A stretch of DNA of 64,000 bases from Thermodesulfovibrionales bacterium (GTDB taxonomy: Bacteria > Nitrospirota > Thermodesulfovibrionia > Thermodesulfovibrionales > SM23-35). Below are positions 56,572 through 63,529 of the stretch, piece after piece (position 1 is the first letter of the stretch; every line of letters starts with the position of its first letter). The stretch spans positions 1,080,356 through 1,144,355 of the forward strand of contig OY970295.1 of assembly GCA_963716185.1 (NCBI GenBank), in the 5' to 3' direction. The notes under the pieces were generated by a model that saw only the letters and a program-made list of their open reading frames with translations, was not told the DNA's origin and did not search any database. A program made the position numbers and the translations under genes.

Positions 56572-56856
56572 TTAGCTAAGGTGTTTATTGACTAATTTGG
56601 TCATTTCGAACATCGAGACTTGGTTCTTACCGTCGAATACAGCCAAGAGGTTCTCATCTGCATTGATATTTCTCCTATTCTTTGCATCTTGGAGATTATT
56701 TTTCTTTATATATTCCCATAGCTTCTTGGTCATTTCTGACCTTGGAAGAGGTTCATTCCCCACTATCTTAGCCAGCGCCTCACTGGGTTTCATAGCCTTC
56801 ATAAATGCTGAGTTGGGGGTTCTCTCCTTTGCAACTTTTTTCTTCTTCTCTGCCAT
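56572..56856 (-). CDS. SWIB/MDM2 domain protein
   Basis: 94 aa. Lys-rich N-terminus, then ALAKIVGNEPLPRSEMTKKLWEYIKKNNLQD..NRRNINADENLLAVF, the SWIB fold signature. Confidence 0.75.
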   Translation of the reverse strand: MAEKKKKVAKERTPNSAFMKAMKPSEALAKIVGNEPLPRSEMTKKLWEYIKKNNLQDAKNRRNINADENLLAVFDGKNQVSMFEMTKLVNKHLS

Positions 56857-57174
56857 CGTTCTCCTCCTTATTTTTGCGGTTTTAGAGCCTTAAAGCTTCT
56901 ATTTCAGAACGCGCGTCTCTAAAGTATACACTAATTCGGCTTTAAATCCAGATATTCTTTCACTAAGCGCGGGCATCCATTTTACATATATTACCATTGT
57001 TAATCCTAACATTTGTCAATATGCTGAAACGCTCTAGTTGTACCCATATAGAGGGCAGGTGTCTTCAGGAAAACTTCCATCTTTGTTACAGTACATACTC
57101 AGCAGGTTCCTTTATTTGCGCACGATAGGCAAGCTTTCGTACGGATATCCACACAATTTTTAGATAATTTTGCA

Positions 57175-57392
57175 TTCATCCAAAAACTGCAATTCACTAA
57201 ATATGCGGGGAGGCATAGTGGCAGAAAAAACTTGACAGCAGCACCTTTGTGGGCGGTCAGATATCAAGACCGCGCGGATATTTTTAATCAGAAAAATATC
57301 TGGCGTAGAAAAACCCAAATTCTGTCCCGAAGGCTTTCGGGATTTTTATGTCACTATACCTGCCTGAATCTGAGATCAATCGCATTTTTCGG
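57175..57392 (+). repeat. Structured intergenic repeat family, full copy 2
   Basis: TTCATC-N17-TAAATA promoter-like module. 5' arm GGCATAGTGGCAGAAAAA (57212-), 3' arm TTTTTATGTCACTATACC (-57360). Internal terminator-like CCCGAAGGCTTTCGGGATTTTT (57326-47). Shared 3' tail TGCCTGAATCTGAGATCAA.CGCATTTTTCGG. Confidence 0.6.
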
Positions 57393-57479
57393 GTTCATAA
57401 TTCTTTCATATTTCCTTCGACATTTCTTCATATTTTCAATGTAAACTTAAATGTAGAAAATAACTTTCTTCATTTTTAG

Positions 57480-57508
57480 GGCAGCCAGTACCCCTCCTAC
57501 TGGCTGCC
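57480..57508 (+). other. perfect 11-bp hairpin with CCCCTCC loop
   Basis: GGCAGCCAGTA-CCCCTCC-TACTGGCTGCC. No flanking T-run on either strand. Confidence 0.6.
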
Positions 57509-57646
57509 AACCTCCAAACCAAAAAAATGAAATGTTCTTACTAAAGCAGACAATTGAATTAACTTCAAAATAAATGTATGTTTTAGCCTATAATTATGTT
57601 CAGTACATGGAAGAAGAGAATACACAAAAGCAAAGGTCGAAGTGAA

Positions 57647-58000
57647 ATGAAAACTTTCAAAGTTTTTAAGCATCCTACTCTTGGTTATCGAGCCGTGAAG
57701 GTTGGATTCTCATGGCCGGGGTTCTTATTTTCTCTCATTTGGCTCCTAATAAAGAAGCTTTGGGGGCATGCACTTATCTTTATATCCAGCATCATTCTGC
57801 TCGCTTTAATCGAAATGTTTTTTGATAACACACAAACCTCTGTGATGGTGATTCTATTAGAGTTTGGCGTTTATATTTTTGTTGGAATCAATTGTAACGA
57901 ATGGTGTGTGACCAATTTGCAGGAACGTGGTTTCGAGCTTACAAATACATTGCAGGCGAAGACACCTGATGCGGCAATCGGGAAAATAGCTAAAGCGTGA
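57647..58000 (+). CDS. DUF2628-like small membrane protein
   Basis: ATG 57647. MKTFKVFKHPTLGYRAVKVGFSWPGFLFSLIWLLIKKLW plus two more TM helices. Confidence 0.5.
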   Translation: MKTFKVFKHPTLGYRAVKVGFSWPGFLFSLIWLLIKKLWGHALIFISSIILLALIEMFFDNTQTSVMVILLEFGVYIFVGINCNEWCVTNLQERGFELTNTLQAKTPDAAIGKIAKA

Positions 58001-58833
58001 GTTTTAGAGATACGCAAATGCCTTTTGTATCAGCTTTTTTGCCGACAGAGGAACAGTCCGCCTCAGACTGGTGGTTTGTCTTTCGCGGAGATGAACTATT
58101 AGTCAAAGCGACAGCGGCCGGCGCTATCATGCCGTGTTACTCGGATGTGGCTGATATAAAACAAAACCTCTTGAAGACTCACTATCTTGGGAAATTCAAA
58201 GGAATCCCCTGCTACGTAGGCGAAGTAGACGAACATCTTCACAATATTGAGAGAATGACCTTTATGGGACTAAGACCACTCCTTGGATTTCTCGATGAGG
58301 ATATTTTTTCGGTCGCCGGCAGGGCTTTTCAAATCCTTTACTGGGACCGATCTCACCAGTTTTGCGGCAGGTGTGGAAGACGTTTTGAACCAAAAGGTGA
58401 TGAACGTGCGAAAAAGTGTACGCAGTGCGGTCTCATCAGTTATCCTGCAGTATCTCCGGCAATAATAGTAGCGGCCATAAAGGATTCCGAGATACTTCTT
58501 GCCCGGTCTCCCAGGTTCCAGGCTGTCTTTTATAGTGTACTGGCAGGATTTGTAGAACCCGGCGAAACTTTCGAGCAATGTGTCAGGAGAGAGGTCAAAG
58601 AAGAAGTGGGGATAGATGTTGAGAATATACGCTACTTCGCAAGCCAGCCCTGGCCATTTCCGCATACAATAATGGTCGGATTTACAGCCGACTATGCCGG
58701 CGGTGTAATCACTATCGATAATGTGGAGATTACTGATGCTCAGTGGTTTAAAGCAGACGATCTTCCGGTGATCCCCCGTGCAGGTACAATTGCGCATCGC
58801 CTCATCGATTGGTTCGCTGAGAAATATAAGTAA
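57997..58833 (+). CDS. nudC: NAD+ diphosphatase (NADH pyrophosphatase)
   Basis: 278 aa. Zn ribbon CGRCGRRFEP...CTQCG, Nudix box GFVEPGETFEQCVRREVKEEVGI, SQPWPFP. Start may be ATG 58018. Confidence 0.8.
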   Translation: MSFRDTQMPFVSAFLPTEEQSASDWWFVFRGDELLVKATAAGAIMPCYSDVADIKQNLLKTHYLGKFKGIPCYVGEVDEHLHNIERMTFMGLRPLLGFLDEDIFSVAGRAFQILYWDRSHQFCGRCGRRFEPKGDERAKKCTQCGLISYPAVSPAIIVAAIKDSEILLARSPRFQAVFYSVLAGFVEPGETFEQCVRREVKEEVGIDVENIRYFASQPWPFPHTIMVGFTADYAGGVITIDNVEITDAQWFKADDLPVIPRAGTIAHRLIDWFAEKYK

Positions 58834-58942
58834 CCGGAGCACAGACTTTAAAGCGGAATAATCTCAGAGGAGTTATCGAACTGCGAATTATGGAAGAAAT
58901 GAGGAAACTTTGCGGCGAACTCAAATCGTAGTGCTTATTCTT

Positions 58943-58986
58943 CTATACCTCCCCGTATATTTAGTGAATTGCAGTTTTTGGGTCAA
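58943..58986 (-). promoter_or_regulatory. orphan copy of the conserved promoter-like module (site D)
   Basis: Minus strand: TTGACC-CAAAAACTGCAATTCAC-TAAATA-TACGGGGAGGTATAG. Best sigma70 match of the four sites (17-nt spacer). Shares the first ~15 transcribed nt with copies 1 and 2. Confidence 0.5.
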
Positions 58987-59007
58987 TCTATTATGTAAAA
59001 TATAGGC

Positions 59008-60159
59008 ATGCGATATTTTCTTTCCGGAGACGCGGTCCTCAAGCGGCTTGAAACTCCGTCTGTTTATCATGTTAAGAGGGACGAGCTTTATGAACTCGAT
59101 GATGATTCCTTTGAATTTTTGAAGGGCTGTGCATCTGAAACAGGGTCTGAAGCTGGGAGCAGCGATTTTATTGATTATTGTCTGAAGGAGGGGATATTAG
59201 CAGAGGGAACGACTTCATCGAAACGGCCTCTTATGATCAAATCCCCTGAGCCTTCATTGAGATATATCGAGTTGCAAATCACGAATAACTGCAACCTCAA
59301 ATGCAAACATTGTTACATAAATAAAAGATCTCATTCTGAACTTTCGGTAAATCAGGTGAGAAAAATTTTAAAAGAATTTGAAGAGATGCAGGGACTAAGA
59401 GTCATGGTTACCGGTGGGGAGCCTCTCACTCACGGAAAATTTGGAGAGATAAATGAAATGCTTCCCGAATTCGCTCTGAGGAAAGTTCTCTTTACCAACG
59501 GTTTATTGCTGAATAAAAGAGTCCTGAAAAAAATGAACGTGGACGAGATCCAGGTCAGTATAGACGGGCTTGAAGACTCCCATGACTCACTGAGAGGCGG
59601 GGGCACTTTCAGAAGGGCAATGGGTTCGATCAAGAAGGCCCTCGATTCGGGTTTCGAAGTTTCAGTGGCAACCATGATTCATCCCATGAACCTTGATGAT
59701 TTTGACGAGATGGAAAGATTGTTTAAACAGATGGAGATAAAGGACTGGACTGTGGATGTTCCGTGCATAACCGGGAGATTGACGGAAAATGTCGGATTTC
59801 AGATAATTCCCGAACAGGCGGGAAAATATCTCAGGTACGGCTACGGTAACGGGTTGCATTCCAGCTCGCCGGATTTTGCATGCGGTCTGCACCTTATGGC
59901 TGTCATGGCCGATGGGACGATTTCAAAGTGCACCTTTTATGCCGATAGTCCCGCCGGCCGGGTTGAAGACGGTCTAAGAGAATGCTGGGAAAGAATAAGG
60001 CCCGTCAGACTTGACGAATTAGCGTGCGACTGCCGGGATATCGAGTCCTGCAGAGGGGGCTGCAGGTACAGGGCGCAGCTTCTCGGCAATCCGGTGGGGA
60101 AAGATTATTACAGATGCGGGTTATATGCTATACTTAATTCAGAGTCAGGAAAGGCGTGA
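59008..60159 (+). CDS. radical SAM/SPASM enzyme with RRE(PqqD)-like N-terminal domain
   Basis: 383 aa. aa 1-90 LKRLETPSVYHVKRDELYELDDDSFEFLKGC...FIDYCLKEGIL. Cluster CNLKCKHCY. C-terminal Cys-rich SPASM region (CGLHLMAVMADGTISKC...CDCRDIESCRGGCRYRA). Confidence 0.75.
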   Translation: MRYFLSGDAVLKRLETPSVYHVKRDELYELDDDSFEFLKGCASETGSEAGSSDFIDYCLKEGILAEGTTSSKRPLMIKSPEPSLRYIELQITNNCNLKCKHCYINKRSHSELSVNQVRKILKEFEEMQGLRVMVTGGEPLTHGKFGEINEMLPEFALRKVLFTNGLLLNKRVLKKMNVDEIQVSIDGLEDSHDSLRGGGTFRRAMGSIKKALDSGFEVSVATMIHPMNLDDFDEMERLFKQMEIKDWTVDVPCITGRLTENVGFQIIPEQAGKYLRYGYGNGLHSSSPDFACGLHLMAVMADGTISKCTFYADSPAGRVEDGLRECWERIRPVRLDELACDCRDIESCRGGCRYRAQLLGNPVGKDYYRCGLYAILNSESGKA

Positions 60160-60191
60160 CTCCAGATTCCTCTAAGAAAGGGGGGATATAA

Positions 60192-60254
60192 TTGACAATC
60201 AGAAAGGTTTCAAAAAGGACATCAACAACCTGCAAATGCAAAAGTTCCTGCTGA
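60192..60254 (+). CDS. candidate 20-aa Cys-rich peptide (possible RiPP precursor)
   Basis: AAAGGGGGG, 6 nt, then TTG ACA ATC ... = MTIRKVSKRTSTTCKCKSSC*. 33 nt downstream of the rSAM stop and upstream of the shared terminator hairpin. Short, with a TTG start, so speculative. Confidence 0.25.
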   Translation: MTIRKVSKRTSTTCKCKSSC

Positions 60255-60311
60255 TAGAAATCCGGCTGTTTTTAAAGAGCATCTTTTAGAATCGGGGAAA
60301 AGCTGGAAACA

Positions 60312-60339
60312 GGAAAGGCTGATCTTCATCAGCCTTTCC
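60312..60339. terminator. hairpin between convergent transcription units
   Basis: GGAAAGGCTGA-N6-TCAGCCTTTCC, 11-bp stem. Weak U-tracts. Confidence 0.5.
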
Positions 60340-60353
60340 ATTCGAACCAGATA

Positions 60354-60539
60354 TTATTCTATGGTTATAGCCTGAACAGGACATGTATCGGCAGCTTCCT
60401 GACAATCGCAGGTATTGCATTTATCAACTCCTATAACATGTGCCTTACCGTCATCCTGCACTTTGAAGACCTCGGGACAGATCTCCTCGCACGTGGCGCA
60501 TCCTTCACATAAATCCTCATTAACTACCGGCTTTGGCAT
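60354..60539 (-). CDS. small [4Fe-4S]/[3Fe-4S] ferredoxin
   Basis: 61 aa. CEGCATCEEICP ... CNTCDCQEAADTCP. RBS AAGGAGG. Confidence 0.85.
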   Translation of the reverse strand: MPKPVVNEDLCEGCATCEEICPEVFKVQDDGKAHVIGVDKCNTCDCQEAADTCPVQAITIE

Positions 60540-60630
60540 ACCTATACCTCCTTACCATTAAATTTTTTAAAAGATATCCTCAATCTTCCGACTCATGAAT
60601 GGAGAGAATGAGGATTACTATATAATTTTT

Positions 60631-60966
60631 TCACTTTATCTCATATCCTGTCAACGTTGCAAGTTTCGGCAGCCCGGCAATCTTGGCCGCTATTACAGGA
60701 TCATGGAACTCCACGTATTCGCAATTCTTCGGCTGATGAACATTTCTGCACACGGCACGCACGATCGGCATAGACTGATACTTTTCATAATACTGCCGGA
60801 TAAATTTCAGGATATCCACCTGATGTTCATCGATCGGGCACTTTTTGCTGACCCCCTCTCTCCCGGCCAGAGCGCAGGCGACCTTCTCGTTCCAGGCGTT
60901 ATAATTGACAAGATAACCTTCTTCATCCACTTCGATTTTCATTCCTTCATGCTCAATGACAGGCAT
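60631..60966 (-). CDS. DsrC/TusE-family protein lacking the C-terminal cysteines
   Basis: ATG 60966 behind AAGGAGG. IEVDEEGYLVNYNAWNEKVA..LAGREGV....DEHQVDILKFIRQYY....MPIVRAV...AAKIAGLPKLATLTGYEIK*. The canonical family ends ...AGLPKPTGC[VI]. Confidence 0.7.
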   Translation of the reverse strand: MPVIEHEGMKIEVDEEGYLVNYNAWNEKVACALAGREGVSKKCPIDEHQVDILKFIRQYYEKYQSMPIVRAVCRNVHQPKNCEYVEFHDPVIAAKIAGLPKLATLTGYEIK

Positions 60967-60994
60967 AACAGAAACCTCCTTTGAAAGCCGCACC

Positions 60995-61249
60995 TTATTT
61001 TCTTATTTCGAAATTTTTAATGAATTGCCCGACCTGCACACCCAGGTAAACGCACTTTATATTATTCATACAATCATCGGCATCTTTTTTTTCAAGATGC
61101 GTAGTAAGCTCCTGCTTGTCCTTCTTGAGTTTCACGATATAGGCGTTCTTCCCTTCGTCAAAGTCGAGACTTATTGATAAGCCATGGCCCGCAATTTCCG
61201 GATACATCTCAAGAATTTTATTTTCTAAGGCGACCTTTGTATACCCCAA
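60995..61249 (-). CDS. small hypothetical protein (84 aa)
   Basis: MGYTKVALENKILEMYPEIAGHG...DADDCMNNIKCVYLGVQVGQFIKNF. RBS AAAGGAGGG. Family not recognised. Confidence 0.55.
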   Translation of the reverse strand: MGYTKVALENKILEMYPEIAGHGLSISLDFDEGKNAYIVKLKKDKQELTTHLEKKDADDCMNNIKCVYLGVQVGQFIKNFEIRK

Positions 61250-61340
61250 TGTTCCCTCCTTTCAATGACAAAGTTGATATTTATCTGCCCGCACTTGCGT
61301 CAAAGCCGCTACTCATTAAATCCTGTGTCGACATCACATA

Positions 61341-61841
61341 TCAGGCCCAGGGAGTACCTCCGTCAACAATGCTGTGCTCTTCCCACATGAACCAGCTTCC
61401 GGTATCGGAAAGAAAAAAATACGTATTTGAAAAAATACCGTAATGCTGATCTTCTTCTTTGATGAGCCTCTCAAAGAGGGCCTTCTCTTTTTCTTTTTGC
61501 GCCCCGGCCGCAGCCTTTTTATAAAACTCTATCCCTTCCTTTTCCATTTGCATCGCTATCTTGAAGACTTCAAGTTCGTCCTCAGTCGCCTGTATTTTCT
61601 TCATCATCATGTCTTTCATGGATTCAAAGATCGTCTTTACATTTTTCATCGGACTGACGTCGGCCATCTTTATGTCGACTTCCCTGAAAATCTGGGAAAG
61701 CGCCTGGAGATGCCTCTTTTCATCTTCCCTTACCGAAAGGAACATCTTTTTACCGACAGGATTTCTTGTCTTCTCCGCAGCCTCTGTATAAAAATCTATT
61801 GCGTCCTTCTCCATTTTTATAGCTATTTCGATAGCGTTCAT
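61341..61841 (-). CDS. ferritin-like/rubrerythrin-family diiron protein
   Basis: 166 aa. Two ExxH-type helices pairs: AIKMEKDAIDFY...REDEKRHLQAL and AMQMEKEGIEFY...IKEEDQHYGIF. Confidence 0.7.
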   Translation of the reverse strand: MNAIEIAIKMEKDAIDFYTEAAEKTRNPVGKKMFLSVREDEKRHLQALSQIFREVDIKMADVSPMKNVKTIFESMKDMMMKKIQATEDELEVFKIAMQMEKEGIEFYKKAAAGAQKEKEKALFERLIKEEDQHYGIFSNTYFFLSDTGSWFMWEEHSIVDGGTPWA

Positions 61842-61898
61842 ATCCTCCTCCAGGGCGTAATATTCGCCGGTTTAATCCTTTTTTGAAAGATAACATGT

Positions 61899-61913
61899 AA
61901 AATATTATCATTT
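61899..61913. promoter_or_regulatory. Fur/PerR-box-like 7-1-7 element in the divergent promoter region
   Basis: AAAATAT-T-ATCATTT (5/7 inverted match). Contains the ATTATCA half-site. Confidence 0.3.
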
Positions 61914-61941
61914 CCAGGAATAAAGTCAAGGGTGATTATAA

Positions 61942-62940
61942 TTGAACCAGCCGGCCTATCCCTCTTTTGTACAACTATATCCGACCCTCAGATGCAATCA
62001 AGACTGCCTGTTCTGTTTTAATCGGAGTTTCGCAGGTTCAGCCTCATATAAAGACATGAATGTCCGGGATGCATATGCTCTGAGCAGTCTGCTCACGGGA
62101 ATCGGCATTAGCGAGATCGATGTCCTCGGAGGAGAACCCATGTTAATCTCCTGGATGGAGGATTTTATGAGACACGTTGTCGATTCGGGTATCGCTTTAA
62201 ATATAAGTACAAACGGCAGCCTGCCCGATGCCCTCGATCGCATTTCTGAAATCCGGACGGATTTAATGAATATCGGGGTCTCCCTCCACGGTTTTTCCCG
62301 GACTCATAATGCCTTAACACGGGCGGATAATTTTTCGAAAACTGTTACGGGGATCAAGAAAATAATCGCGAAGGGCAAGGCCCCGATTGTGAAGAGTGTA
62401 CTGACAAGGGATAATATGGATGAAATCTCTGGTCTTATTCATTATCTCGCTGATCTCGGCGTAAAAAACTATTTTCTCTTGCATGAGGACATTATCGGAA
62501 CAAAAAAATTACTGTCATATTTTTCTTATCCCGAATTCCGGGAATTCTATGTAAAGTTAAGAGAGGAGTCGGCGGGGATTATGGACATCGGTTTTGTGGC
62601 TGCGTCGGGATTTTACAAGTACGGGACCCGGTCACCGGGACGATGTGACGCCGGTACAAGAAAATTTGCGGTGATGCCCGATGGTTCGGTGTTCCCGTGC
62701 AATTTATTTTCAGGCTTTAAAGAATTTTGCCTCGGCAATATATTCCGGGACGTTGTGGACAAAATATTGAAAAACCCGGTATTGGATTATTTCAGACAAT
62801 ACACGGGCAACAACAGATGCGAACTCTGCGGCTGCGAATATTATCCCGGGTGCACAGGCGGATGTCCGGCCCATAGTTATTTCTTTCATGGGACCCTCGA
62901 CACCGTTGACCCCCGCTGCGCACGCACAAAAAATATTTGA
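61942..62940 (+). CDS. radical SAM/SPASM enzyme
   Basis: 332 aa, TTG start behind AGGGTGA. CNQDCLFCF cluster. C-terminal CDAGTRKFAVMPDGSVFPC...CELCGCEYYPGCTGGCPAHS. Confidence 0.75.
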   Translation: MNQPAYPSFVQLYPTLRCNQDCLFCFNRSFAGSASYKDMNVRDAYALSSLLTGIGISEIDVLGGEPMLISWMEDFMRHVVDSGIALNISTNGSLPDALDRISEIRTDLMNIGVSLHGFSRTHNALTRADNFSKTVTGIKKIIAKGKAPIVKSVLTRDNMDEISGLIHYLADLGVKNYFLLHEDIIGTKKLLSYFSYPEFREFYVKLREESAGIMDIGFVAASGFYKYGTRSPGRCDAGTRKFAVMPDGSVFPCNLFSGFKEFCLGNIFRDVVDKILKNPVLDYFRQYTGNNRCELCGCEYYPGCTGGCPAHSYFFHGTLDTVDPRCARTKNI

Positions 62941-62974
62941 CAAGAAGATTTTTCCGTTTATAATTTTTTTAATC

Positions 62975-62989
62975 AAAGAATAATTCTAA
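62975..62989. promoter_or_regulatory. Fur/PerR-box-like palindrome upstream of the regulator gene
   Basis: AAAGAAT-A-ATTCTAA (core AGAAT-A-ATTCT perfect), 25 nt upstream of the ATG. Confidence 0.35.
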
Positions 62990-63013
62990 ATTGAAAACTG
63001 CGAAAAGAAATTT

Positions 63014-63397
63014 ATGAACAATTTTAAGCTGACCCCTCAAAGGCTTGCAATACTCGATCATCTTAAGGGGAATATCGAACACCCTTCTGTAGAAGATATT
63101 TATAATGCTGTTCTGAACAAGTTCCCATCAATGTCCCTTGCAACAGTATACAACACACTGGAGGCCCTGAAGAAAAGGGACAGGATATCGGAGCTGACCA
63201 TTGACCCTTATAAGAAACGTTTTGACCCGAACATTGTACCGCACCATCACCTCATCTGTGTCAAATGCAAGAAGATTGTCGATATCCATGCAAATTACGA
63301 TCTGCAAATCCCGCGGGCAATGAAAACGGGGTTCGAAATTAAGGGCAATCACATAGAATTTTACGGGATCTGTCCGCATTGTAGGAACAAAAACTGA
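63014..63397 (+). CDS. Fur family transcriptional regulator (PerR-like by context)
   Basis: 127 aa. LTPQRLAILDHL, SLATVYNTLEAL, HHHLICVKCKKI and CPHC (structural Zn CxxC pairs). Confidence 0.8.
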   Translation: MNNFKLTPQRLAILDHLKGNIEHPSVEDIYNAVLNKFPSMSLATVYNTLEALKKRDRISELTIDPYKKRFDPNIVPHHHLICVKCKKIVDIHANYDLQIPRAMKTGFEIKGNHIEFYGICPHCRNKN

Positions 63398-63529
63398 CCG
63401 GAAAAGATAGAGGAGGAGAATATGCAAGAACCAAAAGATTCGTGTGTAAAACCGGCTCGTGGACCTATTCTGCAACCAGAGGAAGGACCATTGACAGAGC
63501 AGGTTAAAGATGAAAAGGAGGTATTTAAA

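Noticed and set aside
60235-60288. Alternative small ORFs near the rSAM gene (MQKFLLIEIRLFLKSIF on plus; the 35-aa ORF MKISLSCFQ... on minus; MEEMRKLCGELKS at 58897-58938)
   Set aside because: No Shine-Dalgarno at proper spacing. One starts inside the terminator hairpin. Their composition is not peptide-precursor-like.
63422-63529. 36-aa N-terminal extension of the peroxiredoxin from ATG 63422
   Set aside because: Prx proteins normally begin a few residues before the (V/I)GxxAPDF motif, and ATG 63530 has its own AAAGGAGG. The upstream ATG also has a good RBS, so this is not fully excluded.
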